DNA from: Blastocladiella emersonii ATCC 22665
Lineage: Eukaryota; Fungi; Blastocladiomycota
Length of the DNA: 64,000 bases
Direction of reading: 5' to 3'
Assembly: GCA_025594325.1 (NCBI GenBank)
Contig: JANHCV010000009.1
Coordinates: 1,364,001-1,428,000 of the forward strand
Numbering within the stretch: position 1 is the stretch's first letter; each line of letters begins with the position of its first letter. The position numbers and the translations under genes were made by a program. Under the pieces are notes generated by a model. That model had not been told where the DNA came from. It searched no databases and was given only the letters and a program-made list of their open reading frames with translations. Shown here piece after piece: positions 34,008 to 46,900 of this stretch.

Positions 34008-34841
34008 ATGGACACATACCACAAAGCTTGCCACGACGGTGATCTCGAGCGACTCAAGGCGCTCATCGCCGAAGAACCGTACCGAGATGTGTGCAGCGGC
34101 GACGGGGACTCGCTGCTCCACACGGCTGTCCGCGCCGGGCACCTGCACGTCGTACTCTACCTCGTCAAGCTCGGCAGCAACCTCGATGCGCGCACATACA
34201 AGTGGGGTCAGACGCCGCTCCATCTCGCTGTCGAGCATGACCACGACAATCTCGTCAAGTACCTCGCCGCCGCTGGCGCGGACCCCGAGGCCATGACGGA
34301 CGGGTACAAGACCGAGCCTCGGTCGACTGCAAGCATGGTCTGCAGCAAGAAAATGGAGCGGGCGCTTGTCGAGGCCAAGTATCTACGCTACAAATGTATT
34401 CTTGGCCAGATGAAGGCCGGGACGTGGGTCTACTCGCATAACTCTGGCTCGGACAACGAAAATGTGGATGATGGCGGTTCCAACTCGTCGTCCGATCCTG
34501 ATAAGCTAGATTGCAGCGGTTCCGACTCTTCCGATTCTGATTACTCTTATCCTAGTGGTTCCGACTCGTCGTCCGAGTCGGATTACTCTGACAGTAGCGA
34601 CGAAAGCGGCGAAGACGCTCACCTATCGCGAGGCGTCGCGCACACGTGCGGAAGCGTATGCAACAGTGCCGCCCTTTGGACTGCCATTCGCAGAATGCAG
34701 GCCGGCGCCTACTACAGTCAAAGGCAACGCCGGTTCATGCTCTACCAGACCGCGACCAAGCTGCTCGGTTACCACACAACTCAACCATTGCCCGCGTGCC
34801 TCGTGTCAAAGGTGAGGGGCCTGTTCCCTGATGGGCACTAA
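34008..34841 (+). CDS. Ankyrin-repeat protein with Ser/Asp-rich linker and a short conserved-looking C-terminal domain
   Basis: GDSLLHTAVRAGHLHVVLYLVKLG and GQTPLHLAVEHDHDNLVKYLAAAGAD are canonical ANK repeats. Confidence 0.82.
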   Translation: MDTYHKACHDGDLERLKALIAEEPYRDVCSGDGDSLLHTAVRAGHLHVVLYLVKLGSNLDARTYKWGQTPLHLAVEHDHDNLVKYLAAAGADPEAMTDGYKTEPRSTASMVCSKKMERALVEAKYLRYKCILGQMKAGTWVYSHNSGSDNENVDDGGSNSSSDPDKLDCSGSDSSDSDYSYPSGSDSSSESDYSDSSDESGEDAHLSRGVAHTCGSVCNSAALWTAIRRMQAGAYYSQRQRRFMLYQTATKLLGYHTTQPLPACLVSKVRGLFPDGH

Positions 34842-35094
34842 CCGGGCTTCTTGCCGCACGAGCCATACGAATTTGGACCAATATATGTTAACTAGTTACC
34901 TTGATTGTTATCGGGAAATTGATGCTTGACTCCTACAAAGGACGATAGCAGCAGAGTCTTTGGTTTCACATGTGCGAAGCGCGAGCGCCACCATTTCCTA
35001 GCTTGCTGCAGAGCCGCGCGATCCTGTACAGCAAGAAAATCATTTTAGGCACATACTTTTCAATTGTATGAACGCAACCGCGATCAAGGGGTCA

Positions 35095-35453
35095 GTCAGG
35101 GGAGCTCCTTGACGGAGCCGTACTCCATCCACCACTGCACCACGTCTCGCGTGCCAACTTCTTGGGCGGTGGTGATCGCCTTGGCCGTGAAGCGCAGCGG
35201 TTGTCCAAATTTCTGCTACAAGTCGAGGATGCCGACCATCTTGTTCTTGTTGAGGCGCGTAGTCCAAAAAGGCGGCGGCCGAGTACTGGAGCTCGACCAC
35301 GGATTTGAGCCACACTTTGACAACACAAACGTGTCCTCGCGCGCAAGTCAAGTCGGGCGCCTTGGCGCTGTACTTGAGTTCGGCCCCAGACTCGAAGAGC
35401 CACCAGCGGACCACTTCAACTCCTCCGATCTCGCACGCCAGGTCAAGTTCGAG

Positions 35454-35492
<39 letters not shown>

Positions 35493-35705
35493 TTCAAAGT
35501 CAAGGTAGTCGAGCGCCTCGGGATACTTCTTGCTCCACCACGAGCCGTCCACAATCAGCAGCGGGGCTGATCTCACATGATGTTTCGGCGCGTCTCTCGC
35601 CTCGCGTTTCACGCGTCGATCAATCACGTGAGCCGCGAGACACTTTTTCGTTTCTTTGTGTCGGAGCGCCTGAGGCTCAACTTTTCGAGTGCGGCACGAT
35701 GCCAT
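35095..35705 (-). pseudogene. Degenerate ankyrin-like (WW..SG..L.YS repeat) gene fragment
   Basis: Repeats VEVVRWWLFESGAELKYS, GHVCVVKVWLKSVVELQYS and, in another frame after a frameshift and a TAG at 35218, RDVVQWWMEYG. (GACGAG)n tract near 35455-35490. Confidence 0.55.
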
Positions 35706-36581
35706 GCCTTGAACAGAGATATACAGAAGTTGACGTCTATGTAGTGATATCGGAAGAGGGGGGAAACCAACTCGCGTTCAGCCAGGAAGTCGAGTTGGTC
35801 ACGGACGAGCTAGCGGTCGGCCACGGGTGAGGGAGAGAGCGATGACAAAGGGGGATGGACACGAGTGACGATCTGGATGTCGTGAGGATGAGGTGCGTGC
35901 ACGGCGACCAGCGCGGCGGAACGGGAGCACGGGTTGAAGCTCGAGCATGTCGACCGACGACCAAAAGTCGCTGCACCGTGTTTCTCGGCAGGTTGTTGCG
36001 GCGGTCGCGCGGAGAGTCGTGGTGGAACGCGGCGCCGATACGAGGAGCGGGCTGCTCGCGTGCATGCTTTGCGCCGCGCTGGTCGAGGTTGCGGCCATGG
36101 TTGCAGTGGTCGGTGATGTGCGACGGCAGGAGCGCGATGCGTTGGAGACGACTTCGAGGGGACACCCAAGCTGTAGAAGCAGCTGAGGCGGGAGCGCCGA
36201 GATGCACTTGTCGTTGACAAAGGTCGTGTGCGCAAGTCGGGCGGAATGTTGAGGAGGACAGTAGCGAACAGCATTCTATGCGCACGCGAGAAAGTCATGA
36301 TGTCGTTGTTGGTTCACGTCGCGCCGCACGACAGTTGATGCGCGTGTCGCGGACGATGAGCGTCGACAGGGAAAGCTCGCGGTCTACAAGCGAGTTTTTA
36401 AGGTTAGTCTCAAGCGCGAGGTTCTGAACGGACGTAGGAATACATACGAGGAGAGAGCATGAACAGCGTTGGTAAACGACAAAAGTAGGATCGCGACAAG
36501 TAGAGCGCCAGAGGTGGTTGGGAGCGTGAACGCTGACAGCGCGCGATGGCAAACACGACCTGAGAGATGACCCAGCGTCGC

Positions 36582-39500
36582 TCAATCAAAGATCTGGAGC
36601 TCCTCCTCCTCGTTGTCCTCGTCGACGACCTTGGTCTTCTTGCGCGAGTACGGGCGGAGCCAGTCGGGGAGATCGTCGTTGGTGTTCGAGGGCTCAAGGC
36701 GAGGGATCGGAATGCCGAGCAAGAAGGAGAGGCCAGTTCCGTAGACGGGTTGACGACGAGAAGTAGCAGTCGTTGCCGCTGAAGACGCGTCGGACGCGGT
36801 ACTTGGAGCTGCAGCGCGAGTTGGGAAAGAAGCAGTCGACGACGACGAGGTTGAGCGAAAAGCGTTGCCGAGAAGGTCCGAGAGGTCGTCGTCGCGGCCG
36901 CTGTTACTGCCGTCGGACGTGGCCCGCTTGGGCTCAGGCACGGCGTCGAGAACACTGCGCGTCGCGCGGTCGAGTTGCTGCTCGAGTTGGTCCACCTTGC
37001 TGTTGTGGACAATATTGCCGATCCAGTCCGCGAGGCGATGTGCACTGCTGTCTTGGGGTGCCGGCGCAGTGCCACGGCTGCCGCGCGCGCGAGCGGTTGC
37101 ACGAGCGGAGTCGAGAGAAGCCAAGCGAGCCCGGACGTTGCGTGAGAGCTGGCTCGACGGCGAGGCCGAATCGTGCGTGCTGCCAGTAGCGGACGTGCTG
37201 TTGAGGGCCTGCGTGAAGTGCGAGCCCGACGTGTCCATGGCCGACGAGTCGCCCGAGTCGAGATTCGACGGTGACGCGGTGCGCGAGTCGGACTTCGTAA
37301 ACTTGGTACCATGCGCGTCGGTCGACGAAGAGGAAGCGCCAGAGTTGACGCACCCCGCCGAGCGCGGCGCAGTACCAGTCGCCGCAAAGGTGTTGGTCGC
37401 AATGGACACGGCGCCAGCGGTTGGGGAGGTACGAGTGAAGGATGGTGCCGAGCTCGCGGTCGAGACGCCGTCACAAGTCGCCGAGGTGCCGCTGAGCGAC
37501 ATGGATCCCGAGCAGCCGAGGACCGTGGCGGAACGAGTGTTCGAGGATGGCGAGGCCTCGGACCCTGAAATCGAGGCGTGGAGCTCCATGGAACTGGAAG
37601 CGTGCGCGTCGAGTTGCTGCTGGTCACCCAGAGTAACCGAGCCGAGAGCTGTCGCCAATGATGGAGCACGAGGTAGTGGAAGCGGGATGATCGAGTCGGT
37701 CAGCGTGCGCGGGTTGATGCGGGCGCGCTTCGAGACAATGAAGAAGCCGAGCGCAATCGAGTTGGTCGGGTCCATGTCGTCAAACGCGCGCTTACGCGGC
37801 CGTACCACGCCGTACTCGGACGGCAATGAAGACGAGGAGGCCGTGAACGCTGCTCCAGGTGCGAGAGTTGGTACGGGAAGAAGCGCCGCCGCGGCAACGG
37901 GCGCGAGCACGGGTTCCATGGCCAAGCCACCCGTCTTTCTCGATGCCGAAGTGTCGGCCGAGACCATGGTCACGTCGGTTGCAGGGGTCGCAGAACGTGA
38001 CGGATGGTCGGGCACGGGGGCCGAAGTGACCAAAGCGGCGGGTTGTTCCGCGTCGAGGGCGGCAGCGTCGCGGATGCTGAGCTGCTCGAGCACGTCAGCG
38101 AGCGGGCCTGGCGGACGCGCGGCTGGGCGCGGATCGACCCGCATGCGCTTGCCGCGGCCGGATGCAGTCCCGTAGCCCGTCGCGTACGTCGGCTTGGTCT
38201 CCGAGTAGTACCGCTTGCCAGCCCGCGCCAGCATGCCGGCGGCCGTCAGTGGTGGACCTGTGATGGGCGCGACCGGCTCAGCGAGAGCAGCGCGGTCACT
38301 CGATGGCTCAGGAACGGGTGCGGGATGGACGTGTACATCTGCGGAAACGATAGCTGCGTCTGCGACGGGCGAAGCGGTCGGTTCCACGCGCGGGACGCTG
38401 TCCGAGAACGAGTTGGGCGTGGACTGCGCGCGATCGAGCGGATCGGGAACGAGTGCAGCCGTTGCTGTGACCGCGGTGGTAAGCCGGTCCGTGACGGCCG
38501 CGTCGGTGCGCAGTGAGTCTCGATGAGCGGCGCCACGGCAAAAGCACTCGCGGACGCCCGAGATGGCGGCGCGGGCGCCTCCTGGACCACGACCGAGGAC
38601 GCGGGCGCGAGCGGCGCACGAGCGGCGCAGTCCTGCGTCGACACGTCGGCAATCACCGCGGCGACGGAGGTGGGAGCGACGAGCGAGGCCGTGGAGCCGC
38701 CGAGCTGCACCTGCACGTCGCGCACCTGCAGCTGGTCAAGTCGCGAGGTCACGCACGCGGGCGGCTGCGCCGGAGAAGCGGCAGCAGCGTGGCGCTCAAT
38801 CGACTCGGAGGCGACCGCGTCATAACCAGCCGTCGCCGCGACACCCGCCCGAGTCGGCAGAGGCGACGTAGCGATGGGCGCTGGGACGACCGGGACAGGG
38901 CTAGCGAGTGCACCGCCGTCGAGCGTCCAGGCGGGAGGAGCTACGGGCGAGGCAGCGCGTGTGACAGGGTCGCGGGCCTCGACGAGCGTGGAGCTGGCCG
39001 TAGACGGACCCGAAGCAGCAGGACACACAGGTTCGGCGTCGACGACGACCAGCGACTGGTGCTGCGAAGTTGCGGCGGCGGCGCGAGCCGAGGTGCGCGA
39101 GGTCGGGTAGACGGCCGTCACCGCGGACGGGCTGCCCGTGTGCTCTTTGGAGAGGTGACGACGACGGGGAGCCGTACGGGGCGCGCGGTAGAGCTGCAGC
39201 AGCATGGTCGACGCGCCGTCCATCGACAGCTGGCGGTACAGATGGTGGCGGCTGGCCTTGGCGATGGCCGTAGTCTTGCGCAGCGGGCCCGACTTGACCA
39301 TGAAGGTCACGTCGGACGCGGGCACGCGAGTAGTGGAAGACGTCTCAGAGGCAGGACGAGGAACTACCAGTCGAATTGAGAGCAGTCAGACTATGCGAGT
39401 CACGACTCTTCCTAGCGTAAACTCGATCGTACCAGGTGCAGGAATCCACGTCGGCGACATGCACGAGACACTGGGCTGCGACTCGACCGTGACGAGCGGA

Positions 39501-41962
39501 ATCGCGCTGACGTGGGCTACAAGGATCGGGTGTTAGTGACGACGCTCGGGACGCTCGACCAGTCATTTGGCAAGAGTGTACCGTGGTAGGCGGGCAGAGC
39601 CGGGATCAGAAGCTGCTGGTAGTACTGCAGCGGATGCGTGGCCGGAGCAGTAGACGTGGTTGAGTTGACGAGCCGAGTTGGCGCGACGAGGCTTGCGGAT
39701 ACGGGTTCGGCAGTGGCGCGGACGATCGAGGGCGGAAGCGACGCGTGGAGGGCTTTGGGAGCAAGATGAGGGACAGGACGGGCGTCGACCGGCGCGTCGT
39801 CTGGCGAGAGCGCCGAGCCGGAAGCCGCTGCGCGATGGGCGAGATCGGCGGCGGTTGGGTCGCACGTGGGGACGCGGTCAGACTCGGCCTTGACGGTCAG
39901 CCGCGTGTCAGAGTCGGCAGTGCGGTTTACGACGGCGGTCACGGCTGCGTTGGGCAGCACTGCGGAAGACTCGTTGGCGACCGTGGTGGTCTCGTTCGGC
40001 GGTGCCGAGATCATGTCCATGACGGGCGGTGGAGAGCGAGTGCCCGGCCCGGCGGCGGTCGAGTCGCGGCCAACGGGGCGGTCCGTCTCGACCTCGACCG
40101 CCGGCTGCGCGTCGAGCAGCGCAGCGGGCGACTTGTCGGCGACAGCAGCGAGCACGATAGCGACAGACGACGGGGGCGAGACCACTTCCACGACGTGCGT
40201 CGACGCACTGATCGGCGGGTCCGAGAAGTGGACCGAAACGGGCATGACCTGCTCGACCTGGCGACGAGGATCAGCGGCGGCGGCATGACACGCGTCAGCG
40301 GTAGTAGAAGTCACGGCGACCATTGTTCCGAGAACTTGCGGCGCAGCAGCGGGTGACGCGGCCGCGGCGATGCAGGTGACGGGCGGATCAACTGCGCGAG
40401 TGGCCGCCGAGCTGGCGACGGCGACTGGTGGCGGGCCCGTGACGGCAGACTGCTGCTGGAACGAGTCGTGAGCGACGGCGGGAACACGGGCCACACCAAG
40501 CGAGCCGTCCGCGATGGCCGAGGCTGGCGCGGCGAGATGGGCCCGGATCTCGATGGCCGAGGTAATGGTGCGCACCGCGCCACCGGTAGTTGACGAAGAG
40601 GAGGAGGCGGACGATTTGCGGATCTCCTTGGCGCACTCGAGCTGGGCCGCCAGGATAGCCGGCCGACCCACCGGGACAGCGAGTTGAAGCGCGGCGGGCA
40701 GCGTGGTCCCGGCCGTCGAGATGTCCTTGGCGACGAGCGGGACTCGGTTCGGGTGAACACGAGCGACCGAGACCTGCGTGGCCAGCACGTCGACGCCCGA
40801 GTCGGCCTTCTTGAGTGGCGGCGGCACGCGGCGCGCCAGCTGAATCGACTCGGAGGTGCTAGCCTGCTTTCCGAGAGCGCGCGCTGGAACAGACACGAAG
40901 GCGCGGACCGCGTACGAGACGGTCGTGATCTTGGCGTCGGCGGTTACCGGCGCGAGAAGGCGGCGGGTCGGGTCGATGGACGACTCGGAGCCGATCAGTT
41001 GGGTTGCGCCAGAAGTAGTCGCGGTAGAACCCGTCGTCGACCGAGTCTCAAACTTGGGGAAGTTGGGCACTACACGCAGGGTGGTTAGCTTCGGGTACAA
41101 CCATAGCATGTCCGAGTAGCAAATCGTACCCGTGGGCTTGCTGAAGGTACTGGAACGAGCCATGATCTCGGTCGAGCTGAATGACGTGGGCGGGAGGGGA
41201 GGCAGCGGCTGCGCGGTGCCCGTGGCGGTCGTCGGCATGTTGGACGGCGGCACGACGGGCGGAAGAGTGAAGCCGACCGGGATCGCGGCGGGCATGAGGA
41301 TAGGAGCGCGGAGCGTTGTGGCAGACGATTTGGTGCGCGGGAGGAGGTGAGGAGACGCTGCTGCCGTTGCCGAGCGACGGGCCATTTCCGAGATACGGGG
41401 TGATGCCGAGCGGGTCGCGGCCGAGAAGCGGTTGGAGGTCGGCTGCCGGACAGGCCACGGCGTGGAGCGGCGGCGCTGGCGCCGGATCATGTCGTTGATA
41501 TAGACGAGCGGGTTGCGGAGGAAGGCGGCCGAGAAGTCGGCGCAGTCGACGATGGAGATGGCGAGCTTGCGGATACCGCGATAGACCGAGCCGGCCGTGT
41601 CCTTGACCATGGCCATGATGGCGGTCCACACGCTGCGCCACGGGAACGACTGTGAGGCCGGAGCGCTGACAAAAGAAGCCTACGAGCGAGTCGGCAGGGC
41701 GAAGTCAGTCGCGGAATGTTCAGACGGTGATCGGGTTACGTACCTTGGTGTAGATCAGGGCAAACACAAACAGGCCGAGCGCAGCGGCGAAGAGCGCGAG
41801 ACCGGCGACGAGGACGGGGACCGACGCGATGGCGGCGGCGTAGAAGGGGAGGGCGAAAAAGAGCCCGTCCGAGAACGCGCTCAGGCCGAGGAACGCGAAC
41901 ATGGCGACGACGCTGAGCACGAACAGCGCAAACGCGTCGACGAGGTACACGGGCGTGATCAT
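36582..41962 (-). CDS. Large (about 1700 aa) Ser/Thr/Ala/Pro-rich disordered protein with N-terminal transmembrane segments (gene A)
   Basis: In-phase introns at 41743-41680, 39581-39517 and 39432-39364 link ORFs 41720.., 39517.. and 38246... The junction to ORF 36582.. needs either an 83-nt intron (38547-38465) or a frameshift. Confidence 0.65.
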
Positions 41963-43901
41963 GGTGGCGGTGGATTTCCGGGAGCTACACGATGGGTCCG
42001 GCCGCACAGTTTCAGCGGGAAGTTCGAGGTCGCGGTCAAGTCGAGCAAATCCATACGATCACGATGCAGAGAGATCACGGAGTGAGTGGTGCCGAGGTGT
42101 CGGCGTCGTTGAGCGAGCGAGCGACGCGTCGCGCCGTGTCTCGCAGGGCGCCATGCCGCGGGCGGAGACAAGTGAAGGGAGGCACGGGCAGCGCGCGAGC
42201 GTTCGTGTTCGCGGCCCGGTCGAGCGGGCGAGTGCCCTCGAGCCGACTTCCGGTCATCGTCTCCCACGGCGTGCAGCGACCGGCTGATCCGCCACGACAC
42301 GTCGACCCACACGGCGGCGACGTGGGCAGTGCCAGCGACGAGAAGGTTCGAGTCGGATCGACCGAGCGGATGGCGCAGATCGTGTTGCGCTCACGGTCTC
42401 GGGCGCGAGGAAGGCGGCGCCGAGGGCAGGTTGGGCGGGGCCAGTGGCAAGCGGCGCCACGGCAGCGAGGCGATCGTGGCGTCGAGTGGCGCGGCGCCGT
42501 GTCCCCCACCGCCACCCTTTTTCACGGCGGGAACAAGCGGCAGTCGGATCACGGATCATGAGGGGCAGGTCGCAGGCTGAGCTTTGAGGGCGCTCCCACG
42601 CGCGGTCGCGACCGGCGGGTCGGCGGCCCGGTAAGCGCGAGGATCTCACCAAAGCGTTCGCGGTGCACCAAGTAATCTGCTCCATCCCGACTCGGATCTC
42701 GAGGTGGCGGCCAGGGAAGCGACAGCAGCTGCGAAACGCGAAGATTACAGCGTGGCGCCCATGCGCACGTGATGCTATCTTCCCCTCGCCGAGACGCGTT
42801 CGCCTTGATCCTCGCGTTTATCTCTCCCTGGGATCGCCTTGGAGTCGGGCGAATGGAATACTCGATGCACTTACTCGCTTGAAAGTCGATCGGCTCAGCG
42901 CGGACCGGGCCGGCGGGTCGGCATCAGGAAGACCCCCCTTCCCCTTCTCTTCAATGCGCGGCCACGTCACGCTGACCGATCGCTTCCGTGCGTCTCTGTG
43001 GCAGCGCCATAGCCAGACACCCCGCTGATATGGGGCCAGGTACCCCCTCCCCTCAACACCCACTCGCGCGCAGGTGGGGGACACGCGCCGCCTCGCCTCG
43101 CCGTCATCATGACCGCTCGCTTGTTCGCACACCCTCCATCATCTCGCCCGACCTTCGAGATCGCCCTCGCCGTCGTCCCTGCACGCACCACCGACTCGAT
43201 CCGCACCCTCGCCACCTTCACCACGGCCGCCGACCCCGCCGCGGTCGCGCCGCCCATCATCACCGCACATCATCACCGCCCGCATCACGACCACCCGCAA
43301 CACGTTCCCGCGTCGCCGCGCTCGCTCTCGTGCATCGCGGTGGTGCGCGCGAACGGGAGACGGCGCGAGCGCGAGCGCCAAGCCGTACCGCGCGCGCCGT
43401 GCCTCCCTCGGCCGCCTTCTTCTTCACCGCGTCGCCGCGCACGCTCGCGGGCACCGCGTCGCCGCACACGTTCTCGGGCCACGGCCGCTCTCCTTCCGCA
43501 CGCCGCCTGCCGCTGCCCGAGATGTCTCGCATCACGCGACCCGCGCGCCGCCGTCTCCCTGCCACCACCGCCACCACGACGTCGCGCGCGCGTGCACCGT
43601 GTCTTCTCTCGCCGAGATTGTCTCAAACCACCCGACGCGTCGCGCCACGCTGCCGCCCGCGCGCGGCCGCGCGCTCGAGACTTTGCTGCTTTAGCCCGTG
43701 GTCGTGCCGCGCCGCGCCGCGCTCGGACCCCCTCCCTCCCTCCCTCCCTCCCTCCCTCCCGGTCCCGTTGACGCGCTTCCGCTCATCTCTCTCGCGCTCC
43801 TCATACCATCTCGACGAGTACGACCTCCTCTCTCGACGACCGCCGCCGCCGCGCGCTGACCTTGACCACCATCCATCGCGTAGCCGTGTTCCCCCCTCAC
43901 C

Positions 43902-46900
43902 ATGAGCGCCCACGCCGACAACCCGTTCCCACCCCGCGCCATGTTGCGCAGCGACCACGCCGGCCACGCCTTCGCGTACGCGGTCGTACTCTACCTGATC
44001 CTGCTCGCCGGCTCTATCGTCTTTGAGTTCGGCCGCTTCTGCGCCGGCTACCTGTGGACCCCGATTTCTGTCATCACCACCCCCTGCACTCCCTTCCTCC
44101 TCGCCGTCGCGGCCTCCAGCGCCTTCAGACACGCGTGTAACTGCGCTCGCTGCCTCAAGGTACGGTTCGCGCGCGCACGCGTCTCCCGGACGACCATCAC
44201 TGACGCGTCGACCTGTCTAGGATGCGTTCGACGTCGCCAAGGAGTCTTCCTGCCCTCATCCGGCCAGGGTGGACATGGTCGGCGACGCCATGCTCGACGC
44301 CGTGTGGATCCGCGCCGCCTGCTACAACCTCGGCTTCTTCCTCGCGTCGTACCTCGCGCGCGTCATCATCGACGTGTCGCGCTCGATCCTCGGTCTGCTC
44401 GGCGCCCTCGCCGTCTCGATCTTCGCGTATCTCTTCTCCGCCGTGGCCTCGGCCCGCGCCCGCGCCCGTGTCGCCGACGCCGCCGTGTACGCGCTCGTGT
44501 CGTCCCCCATCACCCGGCCCCTCATCACCGCCTATACCGCCGTCCGCCCGCACCTCGCTCGCATCGCCATCGACATCCGCAAGGCGTGCCCCACGTTCCT
44601 CAACTCGCTCTTTTCGGTCGCTCCCGCCAGCAACATCTCGGCCCCCGCCGACGACGCGTACGAGACCGTGCCTGCTCCCCTCTCGCCCATTTCCAAGTCC
44701 ATCATGACCATGAAGAAGCTCCACCTCAAGGCCCTGATGTCGCAGCAGCCCCATGGCCCCGCCCCGCTCGACCAGTCCGCCACCACGGCTACCTCCTCCT
44801 CGACGCTGTTCCAGTCGCGCCCCTCTCGTCCCGATGCCCGCAAGTCGATTTACTCGGCGGCGACGACGGCCACCGCCGCCGCGGTTCCGGTTCCCCGCTA
44901 CGACCTGCCCGCGTACCAGGCCGAGACCGCCGCCGCCGCCGCCGCCAGTTTCGTGGGCCCCGCCCGCCCGATCCAGCACTCGTTCTCGGCCGTGACCGTT
45001 CCCGTGGTGTCGGCCATGTTCCGCGAGCCCGTCATCGTCCCGGCCGGCCTCGATCTCGACGCCAAGAAGCTCATCGAGGAGGTGCCCGCCAGTCGTCCCC
45101 GCTCGCCCATGACCGTGTTCCAGCTCTCCGCCAAGTACGAGCCCGCGCCCGCCGTCGACACCGCCGCGTCGCGCGTCACGACGGCCGAGATTGAGACCGA
45201 CATCATCCAGTCGCCCGTCCCCGCCAACACCTTCACCACGCGTGCCGCCGCCATCAAGCCGCCGCCGCTCGACCGCGCCGACTCGGGCGTTGACGTCCTC
45301 GACGCCGCGCCCGTCGAGCTGATCCAGCAGCCCGTCGACCAGGTCAACAGCACGGCCGCCGAGTCGGTCTGCTCGCCGGTCCAGGAGCCCATCTACCAGG
45401 TCAACAACGCGGCCGCCGAGTCGGTCCCGGTCCTGGTCCACGAGCCCGTCAACGTGATCGACACGTCGGTGGTCGCCGAGTCGGTCCACGCGCCCGCCAT
45501 CGACATCTCGGCTGCTCCGCCGGCCACGTCGGCCACGGCTGCTCATGATGGTACGTCGTCGCTCTTGTCGTCGCAGAGGCCGAATCCCCGCTAACCTTGA
45601 GCTCAATCCCTAGGCCCCGTCAAGCCCCTGCGCTACTTCAAGATCATCAACTACCTCGCCGTGACGGCCGCGTTCCAGCGGCAATTCGACAAGAAGTGGT
45701 CGGCGTACCACGCGATCTGCCCCAACCTGATCCACGACAAGGCGACCAACACGCTCGCGTACGCGTACCCGGTCCCCAGCAACGACCACCTGCCCGTCGT
45801 TCCGCACCAGGTCAAGCTGCCGGCCTCGGCAATGACGGCGCGCCGCCGCGAGGCCAAGGCCGCGGATTCTGTCGGCGCGGCGCTCAGCTGCAAGTCGGGC
45901 AAGGCGGCGGTGCGGCAGCGCAGTTTCGCGCTCGACGCCATGCACCCGTCGCGCCGCGGCTCGGCCCGCAACCCGCACCACCACCACGCGGTCGTCGGCG
46001 TCCAGAGCGAGCTCATGGCTCGTGGTCTGGGCCCGTACGAGATTATGCGCCAGCTCCGGCAGGAGATTTACGGGTACACGGCGCAGCAGATCCCGCTGGG
46101 AGACAACATCACGCAGCAGCAGCAGCAGTTCCAGCAGTCGATGGTCCCGACCGCGTACCAGGCCGGGCTCGTGCCGCCGCAGTACCACCAGAACCAGGGC
46201 CACGAGGAGGGCCAGATCCACGCCGACGACTCCATGGTCATGTGCACGCCGTCTTCGGCCCACCGCACTGTGCCCGACGTCAGCCAGCAGCAGGAGTCGT
46301 GCCCGCAGCCGTCCGTCGGCGACATGGACGACATGGACTGCTCGCCCTACCCTAGCGCCGGTCCCAGCGCGGCCCAGAACATGTTCCCGGTGCAGTACCA
46401 GTCGGCGCCCGCCATGCCGCAGCAGCAGTACCAGTCGGCGCCCGTCATGCCGCAGCAGCAGTACCAGCCGGCGCCCATGATGCAGCAGCAGTACCAGTCG
46501 GCGCCCGGCATGCAGCAGCAGCAGTTCCAGCCCGCGCCCGTCATGCCGCAGCAGCAGTACCAGGAGTACCCCTTCGGCGGGCCGTCCGCCTTCACCCACC
46601 TGGCGCCGCCGCAGCAGCAGATCGCGCCCGCCGCGCAGATCACGCCCATGGCCGCGCAGCAGCAGCAGTTCACGCCCGGGTCCACGTCGCAGGGCTTCCA
46701 GCAGCCGCAGTTTGCCGCGCAGCAGTTTCAGCAGCAAGTCGTGCAACCGTTCCAGATGCAGGTGCAGCAGCAGCAGCAACAGTTCATGGGCGCCGGCAAC
46801 GACATGGACCTCGACTCGCGCGACAACTCGTCGGCCGCGCCGGCGCAGTTCCACTCGGCTGCGGCGCCCGTGGCCACGGGCTACTACCAGCGGTCGTTTG

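Noticed and set aside
43725-43760. (CCCT)n tract, plus the (ATC)n tract near 61126-61148 and the (GAGTC)n tract near 60581-60600
   Set aside because: Ordinary short microsatellites with no evidence of a specific function.
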